Assembly: GCA_019058315.1 (NCBI GenBank)
Contig: JAHPZH010000001.1
Span: 471,536 to 535,535 of the forward strand
Direction of reading: 5' to 3'
Length of the DNA stretch: 64,000 nt
Origin: Candidatus Helarchaeota archaeon
Lineage (GTDB): Archaea; Asgardarchaeota; Lokiarchaeia; Helarchaeales; RDOG01
A program made the translations under genes and the position numbers. The first letter of the stretch is position 1; the number at the start of each line of letters is the position of its first letter. This document shows positions 9,884 through 19,362 of the stretch, piece after piece. Under the pieces are notes generated by a model that searched no databases, was not told where the DNA came from, and saw only the letters and a program-made list of their open reading frames with translations.

Positions 9884-10534
9884 ATGCTATCAAACCTGGA
9901 TTTAAATGATTTCTTTAATTTTGCTGGAACAAAAAAGAAACCAAAAGTCATTGAAATAAAAGAAGAGGATTATATAAAATTAAAAGAAAAATCCGAAAAA
10001 TATGATGAATTGCTTACCGAATATAAGAACCTAGAAAGAAAACTTGAAGCATTTGAGAATGATCAAGAGAAATTAAAAGAAAAAACTGAACTATCAGAGA
10101 AATATTTTAATGCATTAGTAAGATTACAAGCCGAATTTGATAATTATCAGAAAATATCTGAAAGAGAAAACCAAAAATTCAAAAAATTCGCATTAAAAAA
10201 CATACTGATTGAACTATTAAAACTACATGACGATTTACAAAGAGCTATAAATTCAGCACAGGGAAAAAAAGACTTTAAATCTATACATCAAGGCCTTCAA
10301 ATGATTCTTAATAATTTAAAAAAATTGCTAGAAAATGAAGGAGTAAAGCCTATAGAAGCTGAAGGCGAAATTTTTGATCCATCTAAACATCATGTTTGTA
10401 TGGTAGAATCAATTAAAGACAACGTTGAGATACCTGAAGATACTGTTTTGGAAGAAATTGAAAAAGGTTATTATTATAAAGATGCAGTATTGAGACCTTC
10501 TATGGTTAAAATCGCAAAATTTGTGAGTAATTAA
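9884..10534 (+). CDS. grpE: Nucleotide exchange factor GrpE
   Basis: RLQAEFDNY, FDPSKH, KGYYYKDAVLRPSMVK. Confidence 0.96.
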   Translation: MLSNLDLNDFFNFAGTKKKPKVIEIKEEDYIKLKEKSEKYDELLTEYKNLERKLEAFENDQEKLKEKTELSEKYFNALVRLQAEFDNYQKISERENQKFKKFALKNILIELLKLHDDLQRAINSAQGKKDFKSIHQGLQMILNNLKKLLENEGVKPIEAEGEIFDPSKHHVCMVESIKDNVEIPEDTVLEEIEKGYYYKDAVLRPSMVKIAKFVSN

Positions 10535-10591
10535 ATCAAACTAATCAAATAAAGTGAAATTATAAAAAATTAAATAAGGATGTGAAAATAA

Positions 10592-12454
10592 ATGGGTAAA
10601 GTTATAGGAATTGATTTAGGAACTTCTAACTCAGCCGCAGCTGTTGTGATTGGAGGAAAACCTACCATAATTCCAGCCGCTGAGGGTGTTACTTTAGGAG
10701 GCAAAGCATTTCCGTCAGTAATTGCATTTACAAAAGATGGACAAAGATTAGTCGGTGAACCTGCCAGAAGACAAGCGATTTCAAATCCTGATAGGACAAT
10801 TACCGCTATAAAGAGAAAAATGGGAACATCATACAAAGTAACTATTGATGGTAAATCATATAGCCCACAAGAAATTTCCGCTATGTTACTTCGAAAAATC
10901 AAAGATGATGCAAGTGCATTTTTGGGAGAAGAAGTTACAGATGTAATAATTACAGTCCCCGCTTATTTTAATGATAATCAAAGACAAGCAACTAAAGATG
11001 CGGGTAAAATTGCAGGGCTTAATGTAAAAAGATTGATTAATGAACCTACAGCAGCAGCATTTGCTTATGGACTGGATAAAGGCAATATAAATTTGAAGAT
11101 TGTAGTTTTAGATCTTGGTGGCGGAACTTTCGATGTGACCATAATGGATATGGGAGAAGGTGTTTTCCAAGTTGCTTCTACTTCAGGAGATACTGCACTA
11201 GGCGGAACAGATATGGATAAACTACTTGTTGAATATATAGTCAAAGATTTTCAAAGAGAACAAGGAATTGATTTACGAAACGATTCTATGGCAATGCAGA
11301 GGGTTCGAGAAGCTGCAGAAAAAGCAAAAATTGAACTTTCAACTTCATTACAAACTGATATAAATCTTCCATATGTTACTGCGGATAATAATGGACCGAA
11401 ACACATGAATTTGACTCTAACAAGAGCTAAACTCGAAGAAATTATTGAACCTGTTTTAAGCAGACTAGATGCGCCAATAAGAAAAGCATTAAAGGATGCA
11501 GATCTAAATCCTGACAAAATTGATAAAATTCTACTTGTTGGCGGACCTACTAGAATGCCAATTGTGAGAAAGAAATTTGCAGATATATTAGGAAAAGAGC
11601 CAGAACGAGGAATAGATCCTATGGAAGCAGTGGCTATCGGTGCATCAATACAAGGAGGAGTTCTCACAGGTGAAGTTGATAAAATGGTTTTATTAGATAT
11701 TACTCCCTTAACTTTAGGGGTAGAAACCTTAGGTGGTGTCCGAACTCCATTAATTGATAGAGGTACTACAATTCCAACAGAAAAAAGTGAGATTTTTACG
11801 ACCGCAGCAGATAATCAGCCAGCAGTAGAAATTAACGTTTTGCAAGGAGAACGTCATATGGCAAGAGATAATATATCCTTAGGCAAATTCCACCTGGTTG
11901 GAATACCGCCTGCACCAAGAGGTGTTCCTCAAATTGAGGTCAAATTTGAAATCGATGTAAACGGAATTCTAAATGTGTCGGCAAAGGACCTAGCAACTGG
12001 AAAAGCAAATGCTATTACAATTACGGCATCTACAAAAATGGCAGATGAGGAAATAAAAAAGAAAATTCATGAAGCGGAACAATACGCAGAAGAAGATAGA
12101 AGACAAAAAGAACTTATTGAAGCTAAAAATCATGCAGAATCGCTAATTTATCAAGTAGAGAAAATATTAAGAGAAAATGAAGCAAAAGTTGGAGATTTAA
12201 AGCCACAGATTGAGCAAAAAATACTATCATTAAAAGGTGCAATCGAGAGTAACGATTTACAAAGGATCAAATCAGGAATGGAAGATTTGCAAAGATCTAT
12301 GCACGAAGTTTCAGCGAGAATGTATGGACAACAAACCGGTCCACAACCAGGGTATGAGCAAACTTACACTCCCCCACACGAGACAGAAGAAGAACAATAT
12401 AGAAAAGCCTCCGCACAAGACGATGTAGTTGATGCTGATTTCGAAGTAGCGTAA
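10592..12454 (+). CDS. dnaK: Chaperone DnaK (Hsp70)
   Basis: [47 protein letters not shown] tail. Confidence 0.99.
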   Translation: MGKVIGIDLGTSNSAAAVVIGGKPTIIPAAEGVTLGGKAFPSVIAFTKDGQRLVGEPARRQAISNPDRTITAIKRKMGTSYKVTIDGKSYSPQEISAMLLRKIKDDASAFLGEEVTDVIITVPAYFNDNQRQATKDAGKIAGLNVKRLINEPTAAAFAYGLDKGNINLKIVVLDLGGGTFDVTIMDMGEGVFQVASTSGDTALGGTDMDKLLVEYIVKDFQREQGIDLRNDSMAMQRVREAAEKAKIELSTSLQTDINLPYVTADNNGPKHMNLTLTRAKLEEIIEPVLSRLDAPIRKALKDADLNPDKIDKILLVGGPTRMPIVRKKFADILGKEPERGIDPMEAVAIGASIQGGVLTGEVDKMVLLDITPLTLGVETLGGVRTPLIDRGTTIPTEKSEIFTTAADNQPAVEINVLQGERHMARDNISLGKFHLVGIPPAPRGVPQIEVKFEIDVNGILNVSAKDLATGKANAITITASTKMADEEIKKKIHEAEQYAEEDRRQKELIEAKNHAESLIYQVEKILRENEAKVGDLKPQIEQKILSLKGAIESNDLQRIKSGMEDLQRSMHEVSARMYGQQTGPQPGYEQTYTPPHETEEEQYRKASAQDDVVDADFEVA

Positions 12455-12543
12455 TAATTCCACATACATCTTTTATTTTTTTCAAACTATAAAAAATCGT
12501 CAGACTTTCATTCAAAAAATATTTTTAAATAAAGATTAAACAT

Positions 12544-12623
12544 GGGGTCGTAGTCCTAAGTGGTTATAGACACCGACGTTGACACGTTCGGAGATGCGGG
12601 TTCGATTCCTGCCGATCCCCCCA
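12544..12623 (+). tRNA. Atypical tRNA-Val(GAC)-like element (possible pseudo-tRNA or tRNA-like RNA)
   Basis: GGGGTCG/CGATCCC acceptor stem, GCGGG-TTCGATT-CCTGC T-arm and CCA end; but a 19-nt irregular anticodon arm and C73. Confidence 0.75.
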
Positions 12624-12685
12624 AATTAAAAAGATATTAATGAGTAAATGTTAAAATAAAATAAATTTATGATTATTAATTAGGT

Positions 12686-13063
12686 GTGTATATGGATACT
12701 AGACTTAAAGAAGAGATTCAAATTGCTGAAGCTATTATTCGTAAAGCTAATCAAATATTAAAGGAAAAAGAATCAGCAGTTGGGGATCTTAAACCGGTTA
12801 TTGAAAAGAAAATAAAAACCTTAAAAGATGCTATTAATAATAGAGATATTAATTTAATTCAAAACACTATGGATGAACTACAAGTTCCTATTAGTGAACT
12901 TTCATCTAGAATTTATGAACCCACACAAAAAAAAGAAGATCCTCTAGAATGTGATACTTGCCAAGTTAGTTTCAAGCTACCACCAGGGTTAGCTCCAAAA
13001 ACCACTAAAAAGAAAAAAGACAAAGATAAAGAAGAGATGGATGCAGATTTAGAAATAAATTAA
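12686..13063 (+). CDS. Stand-alone DnaK C-terminal lid/tail paralog with an added CxxC
   Basis: AEAIIRKANQILKEKESAVGDLKPVIEKKIKTLKDAI aligns with Dna[38 protein letters not shown]; tail MDADLEIN vs VDADFEVA; start may be the ATG at 12692. Confidence 0.85.
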   Translation: MYMDTRLKEEIQIAEAIIRKANQILKEKESAVGDLKPVIEKKIKTLKDAINNRDINLIQNTMDELQVPISELSSRIYEPTQKKEDPLECDTCQVSFKLPPGLAPKTTKKKKDKDKEEMDADLEIN

Positions 13064-13157
13064 TGATATGAAAAAAAACTCCTTCAAATTTCCCCTACAG
13101 TTATTCTAAAAGAATAATAGGGAAGGATATTTACGAAGGTTTTAAGAGGTAAATAAA

Positions 13158-14162
13158 TTGGTTAAAGATTATTATAAAATACTAGGCATTGATAAAAATG
13201 CGTCAAAAGAAGAAATTAAACGTGCATTTCGCAAAATGGCACGAAAATATCATCCAGATGTGAATCCAGGTGATAAAAGTGCTGAAGAAAAATTTAAAGA
13301 AGTAAATGCAGCTTACATGTTATTAACAGATGATAAAAAACGAGAAATGTACGATAAATTTGGGGTTGTAGAGGGTGATCCTTCAAGTTATCAGCAAGGG
13401 CCTGGCCCTGGAGGTGGCTTTCGAAGAGGACCGGGCGGGTCTTACACTTATACCGGTGGACCTGGTGGTATTAATCTTGAAGATCTATTTAGAAATATAG
13501 GAGGACAATCGGGACGTAGATCTAGTGGAGGCTCTCCATTTGAGGATTTTGACGTCTTTAGTGATCTAGGCGATATTTTTAATGTGTTTAGAGGGCAACA
13601 AAGAGGTCCTGGACGCACAGGGGCGAGAATGCCCCAATCTGGAGAAGATTTACGTTATGACATGGAAATAGATTTTCAAGAAGCATACTTCGGTGCCGAA
13701 AAAACAATTAGATTTAAGAAACCGGATACAAATAAAGAAAAAACTATTAAGGTTAAAATTCCAAGAGGTATACATCCAAATCAAAAATTAAGAATAACTA
13801 ATGAAGGTATGCCTGGTAAAAGGGGAGGTCCTGCTGGGGATTTATATATTTCTGTAAATATTAAACCACATCCTTATTTTAAAAGAAAGGGTGATGATTT
13901 ATATTATGAAACAGAAATTCCATTTACTCTAGCTGCGTTAGGAGGAAAAATTTCAGTTCCCAGCATGGAAGGAAATTTAAGCTTGAAAGTTCCTCCAGGA
14001 ACACAAGATTTAACAACATTTAGATTAAAAAATCAAGGTTTTTATGGAATAGGTTCAGAAAATAGAGGTAATTTATTAATTAAAGTTAAAATTAAAGTCC
14101 CCAAAGATCTGAATCCAAAACAGAAAAGATTAATAGAAGATTTACAAGCTTTAGGTTTATAA
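13158..14162 (+). CDS. dnaJ: DnaJ class B (CbpA-like, no Zn finger)
   Basis: J domain with HPD, G/F-rich linker, C-terminal domains, no CxxCxGxG repeats. Confidence 0.93.
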   Translation: MVKDYYKILGIDKNASKEEIKRAFRKMARKYHPDVNPGDKSAEEKFKEVNAAYMLLTDDKKREMYDKFGVVEGDPSSYQQGPGPGGGFRRGPGGSYTYTGGPGGINLEDLFRNIGGQSGRRSSGGSPFEDFDVFSDLGDIFNVFRGQQRGPGRTGARMPQSGEDLRYDMEIDFQEAYFGAEKTIRFKKPDTNKEKTIKVKIPRGIHPNQKLRITNEGMPGKRGGPAGDLYISVNIKPHPYFKRKGDDLYYETEIPFTLAALGGKISVPSMEGNLSLKVPPGTQDLTTFRLKNQGFYGIGSENRGNLLIKVKIKVPKDLNPKQKRLIEDLQALGL

Positions 14163-14214
14163 TTGAAAAGGATGATAATTTTTATTCATATTTATTAAAG
14201 AGGAGTGAAAATAA

Positions 14215-16824
14215 ATGTTAAGTTTTGATAAATTCACTGTTAAAGTTCAAGAAGCATTTTTAAGTGCTCGTTCGATTGCACAACAATCTAATCACCAAGC
14301 CATAACTCCAGAACACTTTTTATTTGCCCTTCTACAACAAACTGAAGGGATTGCAATTCCTATTCTTCAAAAAATTGGAATTAATCCCCAAAATTTAATT
14401 AATGATTTAAATCAAGAAATTGGTAAAATTCCAAAAGTAACAGGTTCTGGAGCAACAGAAGTTTTTATTTCACCCGAATTAAAAAATATTCTAGAAAATG
14501 CTTGGAAAGAAGCAGAAACTTTTCACGATCAATATCTATCAGTTGAACACATATTAATTGCCTTATCCGAATATCCTAATTCACAGGCAAGTAGGTTATT
14601 GAAAAAATATGGGATAGATAAGGATAAAATTCTATTAGCTCTAAAAGATATTCGAGGTGCTCACACTATTACTGATCAAGATCCAGAAGGAAAATATCAA
14701 GCTTTACAAAAATATGCTCGAAATCTTACTGATTTAGCGAGAAGAGGAAAATTAGATCCTGTAATTGGACGTGATGATGAAATAAGACGGATTATGCATA
14801 TTCTTTCTCGTCGTACAAAAAATAATCCCGTTTTAATAGGAGAAGCTGGGGTAGGAAAAACTGCAATAGTTGAAGGTCTTGCTAGAAGAATTGCCAATGG
14901 AGATGTTCCTGATTCACTTAAGAATAAGGAAGTAATATCTTTAGATCTTGGGGCATTAGTTGCAGGGACAAAATATAGAGGAGAATTTGAAGATCGATTA
15001 AAAGCTGTGTTGAAAGAAATCAACGCAGGTGCTGGAAAGTTTGTCCTATTCATAGATGAACTTCATACACTTGTAGGTGCCGGAGCTGCTGAAGGCGCAA
15101 TTGACGCATCAAATATGTTGAAACCAGCACTTGCAAGGGGTGAATTAAGATGTGTAGGTGCCACTACTATTAATGAATATCGAAAATATATTGAAAAAGA
15201 TGCAGCTTTGACAAGAAGATTTCAAACTGTTCAAGTTTCAGAACCTAGTGTTGAAGATACTATCGCGATCTTAAGAGGTCTAAAAGAAAAATATGAAATT
15301 CATCACGGTATTAGAATTTCTGATGCTGCTATAATTGCAGCGGCAACACTTTCTCATCGCTATATCACTGATAGATTTCTCCCAGATAAAGCTATAGACC
15401 TTATCGATGAAGCCGCATCTCGTCTAAGAATTGAAATTGATAGTATGCCTACTGAAATAGATGAAATTGAACGAAAAATTATCCATTATGAGATTCAAAA
15501 AGAAGCTTTGAAGAAGGAAATTGAAGATAAAACTTGTGCAGAAAAAATCCAGAAAATTGACAAAGAATTAGCTGAACTAAGACAAAAAAGTGATACCTTA
15601 AAAGCTCAATGGCAAAATGAGAAAAAAATAATTTCAAAAATTTCAGAAATAAAAGAAAAACTTGAGAATTCTCGTTATGAAGCTGAAAAAGCTGAGAGAA
15701 TGGGTGAATTAGGAAGAGCTGCTGAATTAAAATATGGGGTTATTACAAATCTAGAGAAAGAGCTTGAAGAAAATAATCAAAAATTAGAAGAAATTCAAAA
15801 AAATAAAACCATGTTAAAGCAAGAAGTTGACGCTGAAGATATTGCCAAGATAGTATCTCAATGGACTGGAGTCCCTGTTTCCCGGATGATGGAGGGAGAA
15901 CGCCAAAAATTATTACAAATGGAAGATCGATTAAAACAAAGGGTTGTTGGTCAGGATCATGCATTGGAAAAGGTTTCAAATGCAATAAGACGTGGTAGAG
16001 CAGGAATCCAAGACCCAAATAGACCAATTGGAATATTTATATTTCTCGGACCAACAGGAGTAGGAAAAACCGAGACTGCAAAAGCATTAGCCGAATTCCT
16101 ATTTGACGATGAAGCTGCTATGGTACGTATAGATATGTCTGAATTTATGGAGAAACATAGCGTTGCAAGATTAATTGGGGCCCCTCCAGGATATGTTGGC
16201 TATGATGAAGGTGGTTATTTAACAGAAGCTGTTAGAAGAAGGCCTTATTCTGTAATTCTTTTTGATGAAATTGAAAAGGCGCACCCTGAAGTGTTTAATA
16301 TATTACTCCAAATTATGGATGATGGACGACTTACTGATGGACATGGGAGGACTATAGATTTTAAAAACACCGTCATAATAATGACCTCAAATATCGGCAC
16401 AGAATTATTTACTCAAGAAAAAACCGAAAAACTAAGTGAACGAGATGCTGAGATACGCAATGAAATGAAAAAATATTTCAAACCTGAATTTTTAAATCGA
16501 ATTGATGACATAATTACATTTAACTTCTTAGATCAATCATTAATAAAACAAATCGTGGACATTCAGATAAAAAAATTAAATAAAATACTATATGAACAAA
16601 AAATTCAAATTGAATTAACTGATAAAGCTAAAGAATTTTTAGCTTGGCAAGGATATGAACCAGATTTTGGAGCTAGACCTCTTAAAAGGGCAATCCAAAA
16701 ATATATTCAAAACCCCTTATCCTTAAAATTACTAGATGGCGAATTCTTGGAAGGAGATATAATCAAAGTGGACTGGAAAAAAGATGAAATTTTGGACTTT
16801 GAGAAAACTGGAGAGCTGGAATAA
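14215..16824 (+). CDS. clpB: Disaggregase ClpB
   Basis: Two AAA+ modules ([16 protein letters not shown]), long M-domain coiled coil, GYVGY loop, no IGF ClpP-binding loop. Confidence 0.98.
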   Translation: MLSFDKFTVKVQEAFLSARSIAQQSNHQAITPEHFLFALLQQTEGIAIPILQKIGINPQNLINDLNQEIGKIPKVTGSGATEVFISPELKNILENAWKEAETFHDQYLSVEHILIALSEYPNSQASRLLKKYGIDKDKILLALKDIRGAHTITDQDPEGKYQALQKYARNLTDLARRGKLDPVIGRDDEIRRIMHILSRRTKNNPVLIGEAGVGKTAIVEGLARRIANGDVPDSLKNKEVISLDLGALVAGTKYRGEFEDRLKAVLKEINAGAGKFVLFIDELHTLVGAGAAEGAIDASNMLKPALARGELRCVGATTINEYRKYIEKDAALTRRFQTVQVSEPSVEDTIAILRGLKEKYEIHHGIRISDAAIIAAATLSHRYITDRFLPDKAIDLIDEAASRLRIEIDSMPTEIDEIERKIIHYEIQKEALKKEIEDKTCAEKIQKIDKELAELRQKSDTLKAQWQNEKKIISKISEIKEKLENSRYEAEKAERMGELGRAAELKYGVITNLEKELEENNQKLEEIQKNKTMLKQEVDAEDIAKIVSQWTGVPVSRMMEGERQKLLQMEDRLKQRVVGQDHALEKVSNAIRRGRAGIQDPNRPIGIFIFLGPTGVGKTETAKALAEFLFDDEAAMVRIDMSEFMEKHSVARLIGAPPGYVGYDEGGYLTEAVRRRPYSVILFDEIEKAHPEVFNILLQIMDDGRLTDGHGRTIDFKNTVIIMTSNIGTELFTQEKTEKLSERDAEIRNEMKKYFKPEFLNRIDDIITFNFLDQSLIKQIVDIQIKKLNKILYEQKIQIELTDKAKEFLAWQGYEPDFGARPLKRAIQKYIQNPLSLKLLDGEFLEGDIIKVDWKKDEILDFEKTGELE

Positions 16825-17193
16825 TTTAGTGGAATTAAAAAATTAAATAAAATTATGTTAAAACATAATTAAAGATGGAATTAAAGTATAAAAATCTTCA
16901 ATATATTGTATTTATGTCATATAACTTATTTTTCAATTTTTTTACTATAAAAAATTACTTTAAACTAAAAAAAAATCTAAACAGTATGAAAATATGTTAT
17001 TATATGCACAAATCTGTTAAATTATTTTATCAAAATTTAATGCGCCATTACAAAAACTTAAATATAACGCCGTCATATATACAAATAACGATGTAATTTT
17101 TTGCTGTATCAGATAAATTTTTAAATACTAAAGTATTAATAATAAATTGAGATATTATAATATTAAAATATAATAATAAACAAATATAACAGT

Positions 17194-18156
17194 GTGATTT
17201 ATTTGGCAACAGATGCCGTAAAAACAAAAGTTGTAAAAGATAAAAGAGATAAGGTAATATGCCCTGAATGTTTCAATGAAACAAATATAATTTCCGATTT
17301 CAGTACGGGCGATCAAATATGTGGGGAGTGTGGATTAGTTATTTCTGAAAAAATTATTGACCAAGGACCTGAATGGCGTGCCTTTAATGTAGCAGAACGA
17401 GATAAAAGAGCACGTACTGGAAGTCCTATTAGTATGACGGTCTTCGATAAAGGACTATCAACGATGATAGATTCTCACGATAAAGATTATTATGGCAATA
17501 AAATCAAACCCAAAAAGCGAGCACAAATATATCGCATGCGTAAATGGGATAATAGAACTAGAATACACGATGCAATAGCCAAAAACCTATCTAAAGCTAT
17601 GTCGGAACTAGATAGATTATCTTCTCAACTTGAAATCCCAAAAGATATTAAACAAGAAGCTGCATTCCTATATCGAAAGGCTCTCGATAGTGGAAAAATA
17701 AAAGGAAGAAATATAGCAGGAATGATGACAGCTGCCTTATATGCTGCTTGTCGTCTGCGTAATATGCCTCGTACTTTTGATGATTTTCAAAGATTTTCAA
17801 AACTAAGTAAAAAATCATTAAGAAAATTTTATAGAATTTTTGTAGAGACTATGAGCATTAAAGTCCCCCTTGCTGACCCTAAGAGTTACATTCCAAGATT
17901 TTGTGCGGCTTTAAAACTATCTATCCATGTTCAAAACAAGGTATATGAGATATTGAGTGATATTAAAGGGAAAAATATAAGTTCGGGAAGAGATCCCACA
18001 AAACTTGCCGCAGCAGCCATATATATTGCAGGAATTTTAGAGGGCGAAAAACGCACACAGAAAGAAATTGCCCAAGTGGCAAATATTTCTGAAGTTACTT
18101 TAAGAAACAGATATAAAGAAATCGCAAAGATTTTGAAAATAAGGCTGGAATTTTAA
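17194..18156 (+). CDS. tfb: Transcription initiation factor IIB (TFB)
   Basis: CPEC..CGECG Zn ribbon, GPEWRAF, cyclin repeats, SEVTLRNRYKEI. Confidence 0.97.
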   Translation: MIYLATDAVKTKVVKDKRDKVICPECFNETNIISDFSTGDQICGECGLVISEKIIDQGPEWRAFNVAERDKRARTGSPISMTVFDKGLSTMIDSHDKDYYGNKIKPKKRAQIYRMRKWDNRTRIHDAIAKNLSKAMSELDRLSSQLEIPKDIKQEAAFLYRKALDSGKIKGRNIAGMMTAALYAACRLRNMPRTFDDFQRFSKLSKKSLRKFYRIFVETMSIKVPLADPKSYIPRFCAALKLSIHVQNKVYEILSDIKGKNISSGRDPTKLAAAAIYIAGILEGEKRTQKEIAQVANISEVTLRNRYKEIAKILKIRLEF

Positions 18157-18234
18157 TCATTTTTTATTTGTGGGATCTCCACTTTTCTTTTTTTTTCAAA
18201 ATAAGATAATATATGTTTTTAAAATATGAGATAA

Positions 18235-18999
18235 TTATTTTTCTGAGGATTTTTTACTCATTTGGACCATATCTTCAATCTCATCACATGTAGGTTTATC
18301 AGGACAAGTATCACACTCCCATTCATTGTCACAGTCACTACGAATCTTTTCTAATCTCTCTTTCATTACTTTTTGAAATAATTTTGAATATTTACCACGA
18401 ACTTTTTTTGCTATTTGCTCAAGGTCTTGAACATCTTCTCGACTTGAAGTTACAAAAATAGTTTCTATTTTTTCTATTAAAGGGAATTTTGTCTTGAAAA
18501 TATGCATGTATGCTCTACCAATATTTTCAAATGAAATTCCTTTTTGTACTACATTCTTACTAATTCTACACCACAATTTCTGGGGAACCGTCCGTATCAT
18601 AAATCCTTCTATTTGATCCCCAACAAATTGTGCTCGTTCGAGTGATTTGTATTGATCATCGGTGATGTGTGCTCCCCCAATTAATAATACTTGACCAAAA
18701 TCAAGAGCTTGCCCATTAGCTTCTGGAATGTCTGGACCAATTAAAGTAATTTTCCCATCATCCATTAAATGAGGAAAATTAATAATAACAATAAAAGCAC
18801 ATGATGCAGTTTGTGGAGAACCTAATTCTACATAAGTGTCTTCTTTTAATAAGATATTTTCTCCCGCTCCAGGTCCCACTTTAAAAGGCAACCCCTCTAA
18901 TAAATTATTAGGATCACATTTAAATTCCCTAAAAGCGTCTTTTTTATTTTCTCTTTCCGCTAAATAATTTCTAATATCGTCCAAAAACATATTATTCAA
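18235..18999 (-). CDS. CO dehydrogenase/acetyl-CoA synthase beta (CdhC)-like single-domain protein with Cys-rich C-terminus
   Basis: ELG..., DGKITLIGPDI, EGFMIR...WCRISK resemble the ACS middle domain; C-terminal C-x5-CxxC-x5-C. Confidence 0.65.
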   Translation of the reverse strand: MNNMFLDDIRNYLAERENKKDAFREFKCDPNNLLEGLPFKVGPGAGENILLKEDTYVELGSPQTASCAFIVIINFPHLMDDGKITLIGPDIPEANGQALDFGQVLLIGGAHITDDQYKSLERAQFVGDQIEGFMIRTVPQKLWCRISKNVVQKGISFENIGRAYMHIFKTKFPLIEKIETIFVTSSREDVQDLEQIAKKVRGKYSKLFQKVMKERLEKIRSDCDNEWECDTCPDKPTCDEIEDMVQMSKKSSEK

Positions 19000-19043
19000 T
19001 TCAGGATTTTCTTAAGAAATATTTCTATAATTTTCTAATATAA

Positions 19044-19071
19044 AAAGAATAAAAAGAAAAATATAACTTAT
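19044..19071 (+). repeat. 28-bp direct repeat, copy 1
   Basis: aaagaataaaaagaaaaatataacttat, identical to 21667-21694. Confidence 0.8.
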
Positions 19072-19122
19072 CCATATCTATAATAAAAATAAGATTAAAC
19101 CTTTACTTTTCATATAACCCCT

Positions 19123-19311
19123 CTATTCAAAATCAATCACCTTTTCTTCAATTCCATGTCTTATAGCCATAAAAGGATATTCAATAGGATCGATTTCAAT
19201 AATTCCCATTCTCATTATAAAGAAGTAAGTAAAGATAAAAAACATTAAGCTTCCAATTCCTCCAATTATTAATAAAGCTCGGTTTTTAGGATAATCAATT
19301 ATTTTGCTCAT
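19123..19311 (-). CDS. Short membrane peptide; truncated paralog of an internal segment of the 19363-20829 protein
   Basis: KIIDYPKNRALLIIGGIGSLMFFIFTYFFI vs KIIYHTKNRSLLLIGGIGSIMFFFFTFFFI; AGGTGAG SD. Confidence 0.6.
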   Translation of the reverse strand: MSKIIDYPKNRALLIIGGIGSLMFFIFTYFFIMRMGIIEIDPIEYPFMAIRHGIEEKVIDFE

Positions 19312-19362
19312 AATAACTCACCTATAAGCATTTTTGGTTCTTTATAAATTATCATTCAATTT

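Noticed and set aside
12544-12623. tRNA-Sec or an integration (att) site
   Set aside because: No UCA anticodon, long variable arm or extended acceptor stem; no duplicated tRNA 3' end or integrase seen.
16875-17096. 73-aa ORF between clpB and tfb
   Set aside because: Very AT-rich, F/Y/N/K-biased, and lies in the probable terminator/promoter region.
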